DNA of 64,000 bases from Torpedo marmorata (Eukaryota): contig OZ360247.1 of the NCBI GenBank assembly GCA_977017645.1, forward strand, positions 15,996,001-16,060,000, written 5' to 3'. Positions 1-9,795 of this stretch are shown in pieces. Numbering within the stretch: the first letter of the stretch is position 1; each line of letters begins with the position of its first letter. A model generated the notes under the pieces. It searched no databases. It had not been told where the DNA came from and saw nothing but the letters and a program-made list of their open reading frames with translations. Both the position numbers and the translations under genes were made by a program.

Positions 1-160
1 CTTTATGACTTACCAGGTCCCTAGCGTGGTTTACAACTGGTCTGTCACTTTCATTTTTCAGTTGGCCTGCTAGATGTGGGAGAATCTGAGAGGAAGCGTT
101 TCAGCTTGATAGAATATCTTTGCTCTTAGAAACCTTGGTCTTGGTTATTTACTTTAATCC

Positions 161-540
161 TTGAGAGTTCAGCCCAGTACATCACAGGCAAAACGCTCCC
201 CACCATCGAGAATATCTACATGGAACTTTGCTGTCGGAGAGCAGCATCAATTATCAAGGATCCACACCACCCAGGACATGCTCTGTTCTTGCCGCTGCCG
301 CCATCAGGAAGGAGGTACAGGTGCCACAGGACTGGTACCACCAGGCTCAGGAATAGTTGCTACCCCTCAACTATCAGACTCTTGAACAATAGACTCAGAC
401 ACATTTAAGGACTCATTATTTATTACTGTATATTTATATCTACATCTGCATTTGCAGTTTGTTTACAGTTCTTTCTTTAAGTACAGTTTACAGTTACCAA
501 TATGGAGATAACTAAGCCTGGCCTGCAGTAAAGAATCTCA
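161..540 (+). mobile_element. Rex1/Babar-type non-LTR retrotransposon 3' fragment
   Basis: IIKDPHHPGHALFLPLPPSGRRYRC...RLRNSCYPSTIRLLN, the typical Rex ORF C-terminus, followed by an AT-rich 3' UTR. Confidence 0.75.
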
Positions 541-936
541 GAATCCAAATCAGAATTTATTGTCATGAACATGTCATGAAATTCGTTGTTTTGCGGCAGC
601 ATTTACAGTGCAAATATTGCTTTAAATTACCGTATACTTCGGCGTATAAGTCGACCGGCAGATAAGTCGACCCCCCTTTTTCAGCCTCATTTTAATGGTT
701 TTATGGTATATCCGGCATATAAGTAGATCCCCAAAAATCGTGATGCCTGAGATGTTGCGCATTGACCGGCGTATAAGTCGACCCTCAAAAATCGCGATGA
801 TTGAGCTGCTGGGCGTTGACCGGCGTATAGGTCGACCTACAACGATCGCGCTGATTGAGCTGCTGGGCGTTGGCTGGCGGTGATTGTTATCATGGAGGGT
901 CAATTGAAATGACGAAAGTATGAGGCGAGTTTTAAA

Positions 937-2131
937 TTGAAAGTTATAGAAATGGCCAAGAAAACCAACAACTGTGCTGCTGCAAGAAAATTTGATATGT
1001 ACGAGAAGTTGGTAAGAGATTGGAGGAAGAAAGAAGATACTTTTAAGAAAAATACCAAAAAGGCAATGTTCGATGAGAAGAGGAATCACTCGTTGGCCAG
1101 AGTTGGAAAATCACGTCGCAACATGGGTTCGTGAACAGAGGCAAGATTGCTACATAGTCACCCGAAATAAAATAAGAACATTTGCACTGAACTGGGCAAA
1201 GTCGCACCCAGAACTCAGTAATGATTTTGAAGCTACAGTAGGCTGGTGCAACCGTTTTATGAACAGGAAAAATCTGGTATTACGACAAAAAACTAAAATT
1301 GCTCAGAAACTAACAAAAGATCTTGATCATAAAGTTGTAAGTTTTCACCAGTTTATTTTACGTAACCGGCAGAAACACAAGTTTGCATTGGCAAATATTG
1401 GAAACATGGACGAAACCCCCATGAATTTTGACATGATAGGCAATAGAACAGTGGAATGGAAAGGTGTGAAAACTGTGCAAACGAGGAGTACAGGACATGA
1501 AAGGACCAGGTTTACTGTGGTGTTATCGTGCATGGCCGACGGGACAAAGTTACGACCCATGGTAATCTTCAAGCGCAAACTTAAACCTAAAATAAATTTC
1601 CCAGCAGGTATTTTTGTACATTTTCATGAAAAAGGATGGATGGATGAAAATGGTGTAAAACTATGGATAGACAATGTGTGGAACAGGCGGCCAGGCGGTT
1701 TACGCAAGGAACGGAGTTTGCTGGTCTGGGATATGTTTTGTAGCCACTTAACTGAGAAGACTAAAAGTACATTAGCACAACATAATACTTACATGGCGGT
1801 TATCCCGGGTGGTTTGACGTCTATATTGCAACCTCTCGATGTCTGCTTGAACAAGCCATTCAAAGACCATGTGCGTGAAGAGTGGAATACATGGATGTCG
1901 AGTGCAGAAAAATCATTTACAAAAGGCGGGGCAATCCGTGCTGCATCGCTTGATGTGCTGTGTGACTTCGTGCTCAAGGCATGGGACAAAGTGAAAGTAG
2001 AGACTATAATAAAATCGTTTAAAATGTGCGGTATCTCTTGTGCAATTGATGGTACGGAAGATGATTTATTGTGGGACACTGACAACGAAGCTGAAGACGC
2101 CTCATCAGATAGACTAGGACCCATACGATGA
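937..2131 (+). pseudogene. pogo transposase (Brinker-like DBD, CENP-B HTH, DDE_1), frameshifted near 1070
   Basis: ORF 937-1134 (AAARKFDMYEKLVRDWRK) and ORF 1073-2131 with NMDETP, VWDMF and QPLD. The last two Asp are 35 residues apart (DD35D). Confidence 0.85.
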
Positions 2132-2280
2132 CTGTTTAAACAGTGAGACCCCGGATGTGCTTGCCGAGATCTTTGCCTCAGACGATGATAGCGAAAGTGA
2201 TTTTGAAGGGTTCTAAATGTCTTGTTGTTTTCAGTAAAAATGTCAATGAAAATTTGTTGCAGTCGGGTTTTTTTTTTGGT

Positions 2281-2406
2281 TTTTCAGGGGTCGGCTTATA
2301 CGCCGAATCGTGTTTTCAGGGGTCGACTTATACGCCGAATCGTGTTTTCAGGGGTCGACTTATACGCCGAATCGTGTTTTCAGGGGTCGACTTATACGCC
2401 GAATCG
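2281..2406 (+). repeat. ~4 copies of a 32-bp tandem repeat inside the pogo 3' subterminal region
   Basis: Unit TTTTCAGGGGTCGACTTATACGCCGAATCGTG at 2281, 2313, 2345 and 2377; it contains the TIR core motif. Confidence 0.9.
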
Positions 2407-2531
2407 GCGTGAACTCGATTTTGAGCTGATTTTAAGGTCTCAAAAGTATATCCGGCGTATAAGTCGACCCCCGTTTTTTTAGACATTTTTGAGGGTTTCA
2501 AGGGTCGACTTATACGCTGAAATATACGGTA

Positions 2532-3395
2532 CATTTAAAAATAAATAAATTAGTGCAAAAATAAGAGAAAGTGAGGTAGTGTCTGTGGTTCATTGTCCGT
2601 TCAGAAATCTGATGGCAGAGGGGAAGAAGCTGTCCTTGTGCCGCTGGGTGTTCGTCTTCAGGCTCCTATACCTCCTTCCTGATCGTAGCAGTGTGAAGAG
2701 GGCATTGCCTGGGTATTGAAGGTCCTTGAGTATAGAGGCTGCTTTCTTAAGACACCGTTTCTTGTAGATGTCCTCAATGGAGTGGACACTGATGCCTGTG
2801 ATGGCACTGGCTGAGTTCACAACTCTGTAATTTTTTTTGTCCTGTGCATTGGCACCTCCATATGCAACCAGTCAGAAGCTCTCCATGGTATACCTGTAAA
2901 AATTTGCAAGAGTCTCGTCAAACTCCTCATGAAGTACAGCAACTGGCGAGCCTTCTTTGTGATTGCATCAACATGGCGGCCCCAGGACAGATCCTCAGAG
3001 ATGTTGACACCCAGGAAGTTGAAGCTCTTAACCCTTTCCACTGATGACCTCTCGATGAGGACTGGTTCATGATCTCCTGATTTCCCCTTCCTGAAGTCCA
3101 CAATCAGCTCCTTGGTTTTGCTAACGTTGAGTGCTAGGTTTTGTTGTGGCACCACTCAACGAGCTGATCTATCTCCTTCCTGATTCTGCCGATGACACCA
3201 GTCATTGGCAAATCTGTAGACAGCATTTGAATTGTGCTTATCCACAGTCATGGGTGTACAGCAAGAACAGCTGTGGGCTAAGCACGCATCCTTGAGGTGT
3301 GCCTGTGTTGATCGTCAGTGAGGAGGAGGCATTGTTTCTGATTCATACTGACTGTAGTTTTCCAATGAGGACGTCAAGGATCCAGTTGCAGAGGA
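2532..3395 (-). mobile_element. Rex1/Babar LINE fragment; its 3' tail lies at ~547-627, split off by the pogo insertion
   Basis: LALNVSKTKELIVDFRK...FLGVNISEDLSW...KKARQ and KDSFFPSAIRFLN motifs on the minus strand. Confidence 0.8.
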
Positions 3396-3509
3396 GAGCT
3401 TATTTTACACTTTGGGTAACTGAATTAACCATTCACAGGAATGAGAAAACTTGGAGATTTTTTATTGCTCATGGAGTTCAAAAAAAAATTTAATTCAAGG
3501 AATATGGGC

Positions 3510-4200
3510 TTTGCAAGCCGAGTCAGCATTTAACTGCCCATCTCTAATTGCTCTTGAGAAGATGGTGGTGAGCTGCCTTCATGAAATGCTGCAGTCATGG
3601 AACTATTAGTATACCCACTATGCTGTTAGGAAGCGAGTTCTGCCATTTTGACCCAGTGACAGTGAAGGAACCGCGCTATATATTTCCAAGTCAGGAAGTT
3701 TATGTCTTGGAGGGCAACTTCCAGGTGCTGTTCCCCATGCCCTTCTTGCTGGTAGAGGTGGTGGGTTTGGAAGGTGCTGCCTAAGCAGTGCATTGTGTAG
3801 ATGGTACAAGCTGCTGCTGGAGTGCATAGGTGGTGAAGTCTGTGAATGTGTGCCTGAATGGTTTGCACAGAGGGCTGGAGGACGCTGTTTCATTGGATTG
3901 TACTTGTGCAATCAGGTGACAATAAAAACTTGACTTGACTATCAGGCAGGGCCGCTCCGCCCGAGGCAGAGGTGTGGCCTGCAGGCCGCTCTGCCCGAGG
4001 CGGGGTCAAGCTTCTTGAGTTGAAGCTGCACTCTTCTAGGCAAAGGGAGACCATGGCATCACATTCCTGACTTGAACCTTGTTGATGGTGGATGGGCTGT
4101 GGGGAACTGGAGTTACTTACTCCAGGATTCCTAGCCACTGACCTGTTTTTGACGCCACATTGTGGCTTTCATACAGTTTCTGGTCAATAGTGGGGAATTC
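3510..4200 (-). mobile_element. Old degraded LINE (CR1/L2 group) 3' fragment; related pieces at ~28570-28720, ~45420-45490 and ~61500-62190
   Basis: Shared motifs between copies (e.g. ttcaagaagg...caccaccatct...tcaag; atgcactgc). No intact ORF. Confidence 0.45.
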
Positions 4201-4779
4201 TGCTCTAAAATGGCCATGAAAGGATTATACATTCAGAAATGCATCATTACCAAAGGAGCTGTGGTAGAAGGCGCTATCTCTTTGATTGGTTGCACAACAC
4301 TCTCCAGAACAGAGATTTCCTTATGGTAACTGAGGAAATGGTAGGTTGAGGTTGTTAATGGACAGAGGCCACTGAGTCGAGAAGAGATGGAGAGATAGCA
4401 GCTACCATCATATCCAACAGAAGATGATGAGAGCAACTGTCAAGACATGGAGCAAAGCCACTCACCATCCCAGCCACTGGGCAGGCTCCAGTCTGCTCCA
4501 CCAACATAAATAACGTTTTGAAAAGATTCATTTCTTTTGTAGATGAAGGATAAGAAGAACTTTAATAAAGTTTTCCAGATTGCATTGCATCCTTCTGTCC
4601 ACTCGTAATCATGCCCCCTGCTTTCTGGTGCACAAATCAAAGCAAAGACAACCTATCACCACCTGTGAGGTGACCAGAAATTGAGGGCAAACCTTAAACT
4701 TTCCAACAATACTTGAAACTGAATATTGAAACAACCTCATTGATCAACTGCAATTACTGAAATTTTCTCTATCTTCAAA

Positions 4780-5041
4780 TTTAAATTTAGACATACAGCA
4801 CGCTAACAGGTCCTTCCGGCCCACGAGCCCGTGCCCCCAATTACACCCAATTAACCTACAACCCCCGTACGTTTTGAAGGGTGGGAGGAAACCAGAACGC
4901 CCGGAGGAAACCAGAACGCCCGGAGGAAACTCATGCAGACATGGGGAGAATATACAAACTCCTTACAGACAGCGCCATATTATAACCCCGGTCGCTGGTG
5001 CTGTAACAGCGTCGCACTAACCGCTATGCTAACTGTGCCGC
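4780..5041 (-). mobile_element. tRNA-derived V-SINE (HE1-like, CR1-type tail)
   Basis: tRNA-like head, V-domain (gtaaggagtttgta..ttctcccc..gtctgc..gagtttcctccgg) and CR1-like tail ending atgtctaaattt. Contains a 19-bp internal duplication. Confidence 0.8.
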
Positions 5042-5144
5042 TCCAATGTCATTTTTTTCATTGAACTTGAATACTGTGATATTGTTCCTTTTTGTCACAC
5101 TGGGCTCCAGTAAACACAATATATATTTGGGAAAAAAATCCTAC

Positions 5145-5315
5145 CTTGAAAATTCCAATCCAATCCTTCTTATGGGCTGTCATCATTGGTGTCAATGTGT
5201 AGTTGCATTTTACAGGAACATCTGTCGTGTACAATTTTCCCACATTGACAAAGATAACCTGGGCGAAGGTGCTGGAATACAGTGAGGAGGTGTCATGCTG
5301 TCGTTCTTCATTCAT
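5145..5315 (-). CDS. CALCOCO2: First coding exon of a SKICH-domain selective-autophagy receptor (CALCOCO2/NDP52-like; TAX1BP1/CALCOCO1 family); the gene continues leftward, probably beyond the window start
   Basis: Translates MNEERQHDTSSLYSSTFAQVIFVNVGKLYTTDVPVKCNYTLTPMMTAHKKDWIGIFK, the SKICH N-terminus (FxxVIFxxVxKxY...CxYT...DWIGIF). A polypyrimidine acceptor ttcctcag places the exon start at 5325, followed by Kozak gcaccATG. A phase-0 donor AAG|gtagga follows GIFK, the family's conserved intron position. Paralog choice is inferred from its divergence from the well-conserved TAX1BP1; TAX1BP1-like remains possible. Confidence 0.7.
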
Positions 5316-6052
5316 GGTGCCCAGACTGAGGAACACAGAGAAAAAAAATGCATTTGGCAACAGTAAAATGCGACAGCTCCCGAGAATACCCAAGTTAAAA
5401 GGGAGGGTAAAAAACTTGTTATGTAGCATCGATCATATTTTCCAAAAATCCCCAAGTACTTTACAACCAATGAAACATTTTTGAAGTACAAATACCATTG
5501 TGGATCATGGAGACAACACCCAGGGCTCTCCACAGCAACCAGTGTGGCAAAGTATTAAAAAAAACATTCAAATGAATTTCAGGTGTGACTCATTATGAGC
5601 AGAAGCAACTTAAATAAGATGTTGGTTCCCAGATTTGTCTATTTCTTAAGATGGCAGAGTACAGGAGTGTTTAAGAGTTTATGAAGAAAATTCAGTCAAA
5701 TGGCAGAAATCTCCAGATAGAGGTGAATATTTGAGTTTTCTCCAACACGCTGAGAAGCAGCTATCCCCTCGTACCTGTAATATACATAGCTTTGATACTT
5801 ATATACTGTGCTTCACAAAACCTGCAGGCCATATGTTACTTTTATTCACTCAACAATATTGGGAGTCATCAATTTAATACACATTGGAGGCAATAAAAAA
5901 GTAAACCATTTCTGGAGTCGGTGATATTATGGCCGTGATCGAGGATTCACTTACTGGATGGTGGGGGGGGGGGGGAAGGTGGGGGTGGGAATCAAGTTCG
6001 AATACAAAGCATTTGCAAATCCCAATGATTTGTTCTTACCCTTACCTTAAAT

Positions 6053-6276
6053 CAGCCATTCTCAATGGGGGCCCTGGGCACCACAGTTCATTTAATTGAA
6101 AGCCTTGTTTTCTTTTCACCTCACGTGACATAAATATTTTTTACATAGTCGGTGGGAAAGAAGTATCGACGAAACCAAAACTTAACTGCTTCACAGGGAA
6201 GGGGGCCCATAAACTTTGAGTAGAGTTCAGGTAGGGGGGGAGGGGTGCATAGCCAATAAAAGTTTGAGAATGGCTG
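6053..6276. mobile_element. hAT-type MITE (224 bp)
   Basis: TIR CAGCCATTCTCAA / TTGAGAATGGCTG, with perfect 8-bp TSD CCTTAAAT (6045-6052, 6277-6284). Confidence 0.85.
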
Positions 6277-6889
6277 CCTTAAATGGTGAACTACAGGCAG
6301 CAAAGATAGGTCAAAGCTCACAATCCAAAATCAAAGACACAGGTTGCAAGGAACATCCTGAGCAGAAAGGTTGGCACCTCAAGGCATCAGACTGAAGGAA
6401 CAGAGATCTCAGAGGATGTGTGAATACGGTGGAGGGGCCTGCAGAAATTTGGGGGAGGGGGGAAAAGAAAGGACAGGTCTGAACAAAAGGATAGTTTAAA
6501 AATGTGACCTGCAGTGGAATCATGAGTCACAACCAAAACTGAAGCTCCTTAATTGCAAAAGAAAGTGGGGCCAATTTGGATCAATGCACAAGGGAAACAA
6601 CTTACACACAACATAAGGGGAAATGGAAAAAGAATTGGAGGGATGGGGCTGTTCAAAACAGGCAGAAAGTCTGCTTCACTCGACTATTTACAATAGACAG
6701 TGTAAAAAGCAGAACACAGGAAGCCCTGGATATCATCCTGATGCTTAACCAGATAGCAACCATTATCTGAAAAGTTGGGATTGGGAGTCAGTCAGTTTTC
6801 AACATTAAGAATTGGGAAGAAGTCAAGGAGGCCTTAGAATAGGGATGTGGTGAGCATTCATGACATGACATTCAGCTCCCCAAACCTGC

Positions 6890-7200
6890 TGCAGTATTTG
6901 CTGTACTCACGGTTGATCCAATCTCGGTCTCATCTCCATTTTCCCCTACTCTCCCCATACCAAGGTTCCAGGTTCCCTTGACTCTCTTGAGGTTTAAACA
7001 TCTGGTAACCTCCATCTTTAAAGGCTCCAACTCCAGAGCTTTCTGGTGTAGAGAATTCCAAGTTTCACAACCCTCTGAGAAGAAATTCACCTGCAGCTCT
7101 GTCTGAAAAGGGCAAAGCCTTATTCCAAAAACCATATCTCCTAGTTCTTGATATACTCACTGCAAGAAACATCCTCATCACAGCCACCCTGTCAATCCCA
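6890..7200 (-). mobile_element. Degraded CR1 LINE 3' fragment
   Basis: The minus strand reads ELQVNFFSE...WNSL...ALE, similar to the CR1 C-terminus of other copies in the window. Confidence 0.55.
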
Positions 7201-7227
7201 TTCACAAACTGCACAGAGCCAGCAAGT

Positions 7228-8095
7228 TTACCACTCGTCACCCATGATTGTGTGGCTAGGCACAATTCAAATGCTATGTAAAAATTTGCTGACTACACCA
7301 CGGTTGTCGGCAGAATCAGACAGCAATAAGGAAGTGTACAGGAGGGAGATAGATCAGCTAGTTGAGTGGTGTCACAACAACCGTGCACTCAACGTTAGCA
7401 AAACCAAGGAGATCATTGTGGACTTCAGGAGGAAATCAGGAGAACACGAACCAGTCCTCATCGAAGGGTCAGCAGTGGAGAGGGGCAAGAACTTCAAATT
7501 CCTGGGTGTCAACATCTCTGAGGATCTGTTCTGGAGCCTCCATGTCGATGCAATCACGAAGAAGGCTCACCAGCGGCTATCCTTTGTGGGGAGTTTGAGG
7601 AGATTCTGTATGTCACCGAAAACTCTCGAAAGCTTCTACAGGTGTATCGTGGAGAGCATTCTGGCTGGTTGCATCACTGCCTGGTACGGAGGTGACAACG
7701 CTCAGGACAAGAAAAAACTCCAGAGGGTTGTTAACTCGGCCTGCGACATCACAGGTACCAGTCTTCACTCCATCGAGGACATCTACAAGAGGTGGTGCCT
7801 TAAGAAAGCAGCCTCTACCCTCAAGGACCCCACCACCCAGGCCATGCCCTCCACTCTACTACCATCGGGAAAAAGGTACAGGAGCCTGGAGACAAGCACT
7901 CAACGGCACAAGGACAGCTTCTTCCCCTCTGCCATCAGATTCCTGAATGAACAATGAACCACAGACGCTGCCTTACCTTGACTTTTTCTTGCACTATTTT
8001 TATTTATTTGTAAGGTGGTTTACATAAATGTTTGCACTGTGATGCTGCCGCAAAACAAATTTTGTGACATGCTCATGACAATAAATTCTGATTCC
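7228..8095 (+). mobile_element. Rex1/Babar LINE 3' fragment (late RT and C-terminus)
   Basis: ORF 7148-7957: YRREIDQLVEWC..LNVSKTKEIIVDFRR..FYRCIVESILAGCITAWYG..KDSFFPSAIRFLN. Tail aataaattctgatt. Confidence 0.85.
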
Positions 8096-8970
8096 ATACA
8101 TCGTGCTATTCAGATCAATAATCAATCTGATGATTGTTCAATCCCACACCCTCTCCTCCTTATCCTGACCAACTCCCTGTTCCATCATCAGCAAGGTTGC
8201 CAGGATAGGACATATCCTGTATTTAATGATTTTGCCCTGTGTCCTGTATTGACTTTATCAGGATGCCTTAAATTTCCTGTATTAAGATTTTTTAAATTTG
8301 CAAAATTCAGTTTAGAACTGTACGATTTGGAATTTTCAATAATTTTATTTGTACTACTTGAATTTTACTTCATTAAAACTAAAACGTTAAATAACTCCAC
8401 TATTATGTCGAAAGATATCACCCGAAGACAGCAAATATTTGCGACAAGTAATGAACTTGTTTGAAACCGCAGCCAACGAATGCACACGTGACAAGTTTCA
8501 TTGAAATGTGTCACGTGTGCATTCGTTGGCTGCAGCCACAGACCGCCGCCAGCCCGTTAGTTATGCGTTTGCAGTTGTTAGTGACGGATCAGTGAAATAA
8601 CCAGGTGTAGCGGGCCTGTCCGGCTCCACACACAATGGGCCGAATCGCCGCGACATGCAGACGGTGCAAGATGGCGCAGGGACTTTCTCCCTGTTGAGGA
8701 GACGCGCCAGGATTCAAGAACGCGTTGCTAGGGGGTGATGCCTTGTTCTTATGTAGCGCGCTGACGTCACTTCCGTGACCCAGCGCGCGAGGACAGGAAG
8801 TGGGTTGTACCCATATAAGTGCGCGCGGTGTTTCAATAAAGTTAGTTACTAGTTCACCTACTCTGTGTGTAGACGTGTCTCTGTTCTTGCAGCGCTGCCG
8901 TTAAGCAGGCGCTACAGTGTTGACCCCAAACAGGTTCCAACGATTTGGAACCTGCAACATACGCAGCGAC

Positions 8971-9783
8971 ATGAGCCTGACTGACGCTACAGCAGCCTCC
9001 GGGGCTGCCGTCAACGAACCTCCCGCGGCAGTCGCGACCAACTCTGCTTCCGTCCCAGCCATGGTAAATACCGTGGGCGTCCACCTGCCGCCATTTTGGG
9101 CAAACCAGCCACGCAATTGGCTGCAACTCGCCGAGTCCCAGTTTTCATTACGGGGTATAACGGCTGAAGATACAAAATTCTGGCACGTGGTCAGCGCCCT
9201 GGACCCCGCCACAGCAGCGAAGGTTAGACCTATCGTGAATAATCCGCCCATGGAACGCAAGTATACCATGTTTAAACAGTTTCTGCTGGACTCTTTTGAA
9301 CTTAGCCGGCACGAGAGGGTCGTTCCAGTGCTTAATACACAAGGTCTAGGGGATCGCAACCCCTCGGAGTTGATACAGAAATTAGTGGCGTTGGCGGAGG
9401 GACACACTAAGGGTTTCCTTTTTGAAGCCCTATTCCTGTCAAAGTTGCTAGTCCACGTTGCTTCCGCCATTTCCAATATGGATTTTGCTCAACCGCATCT
9501 TGTGGCGAAAGAAGCGGACAGGCTCTTCCGTACTCTGCAGACAGACTCCATTCACGTACAGCCAATTGACACGGTGGGAACAACCACAGCCACCTCGTAC
9601 TGTTCACCAGCGGCCATTGCAGCCGCCCAGCCACAGCGTGGCGACTGCCCCGACAAACCTACTGGGTACTGCTACTACCACCGTCGATGGGGCCGTAATG
9701 CCCGGCGGTGCGTGCCTCCCTGTACTTTCCCCAGCACCAGAACTCACATGATGTCGGGAAACGAGCAAGCCGGCCGCCGTTAG
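8971..9783 (+). CDS. Gag of the CsRn1-type Gypsy (open frame)
   Basis: LPPFWANQPRNWLQLAESQF motif and CHCC knuckle CYYH-x9-C-x3-C. A GGGAAAC slippery heptamer at 9756-9762 lies just before the stop. Confidence 0.8.
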   Translation: MSLTDATAASGAAVNEPPAAVATNSASVPAMVNTVGVHLPPFWANQPRNWLQLAESQFSLRGITAEDTKFWHVVSALDPATAAKVRPIVNNPPMERKYTMFKQFLLDSFELSRHERVVPVLNTQGLGDRNPSELIQKLVALAEGHTKGFLFEALFLSKLLVHVASAISNMDFAQPHLVAKEADRLFRTLQTDSIHVQPIDTVGTTTATSYCSPAAIAAAQPQRGDCPDKPTGYCYYHRRWGRNARRCVPPCTFPSTRTHMMSGNEQAGRR

Positions 9784-9795
9784 TGGCCTCGGCGG

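Larger units (their letters stand above)
630..2529 (+). mobile_element. pogo-superfamily (Passer/POGK-like) DNA transposon, full length with TIRs
   Basis: TIRs CCGTATACTTCGGCGTATAAGTCGACC / GGTCGACTTATACGCTGAAATATACGG, with TA TSD at 628-629 and 2530-2531. Many subterminal GGCGTATAAGTCGACC motifs. Inserted into a Rex 3' UTR. Confidence 0.92.

Noticed and set aside
2281-2406. 32-bp direct repeats resembling a CRISPR array
   Set aside because: The repeats are contiguous with no spacers, lie inside a pogo transposon, and the context is eukaryotic.
3398-3430. RAYFTLWVTEL resembling the CALCOCO2 second SKICH exon (REYYTFMWVTL)
   Set aside because: It is on the wrong strand relative to the gene, has no VGW start or splice sites, and abuts a Rex fragment.
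4250-4630. Minus-strand segments with plausible splice signals
   Set aside because: Phase-0 joining to the SKICH exon hits stop codons, and there is no recognisable homology.
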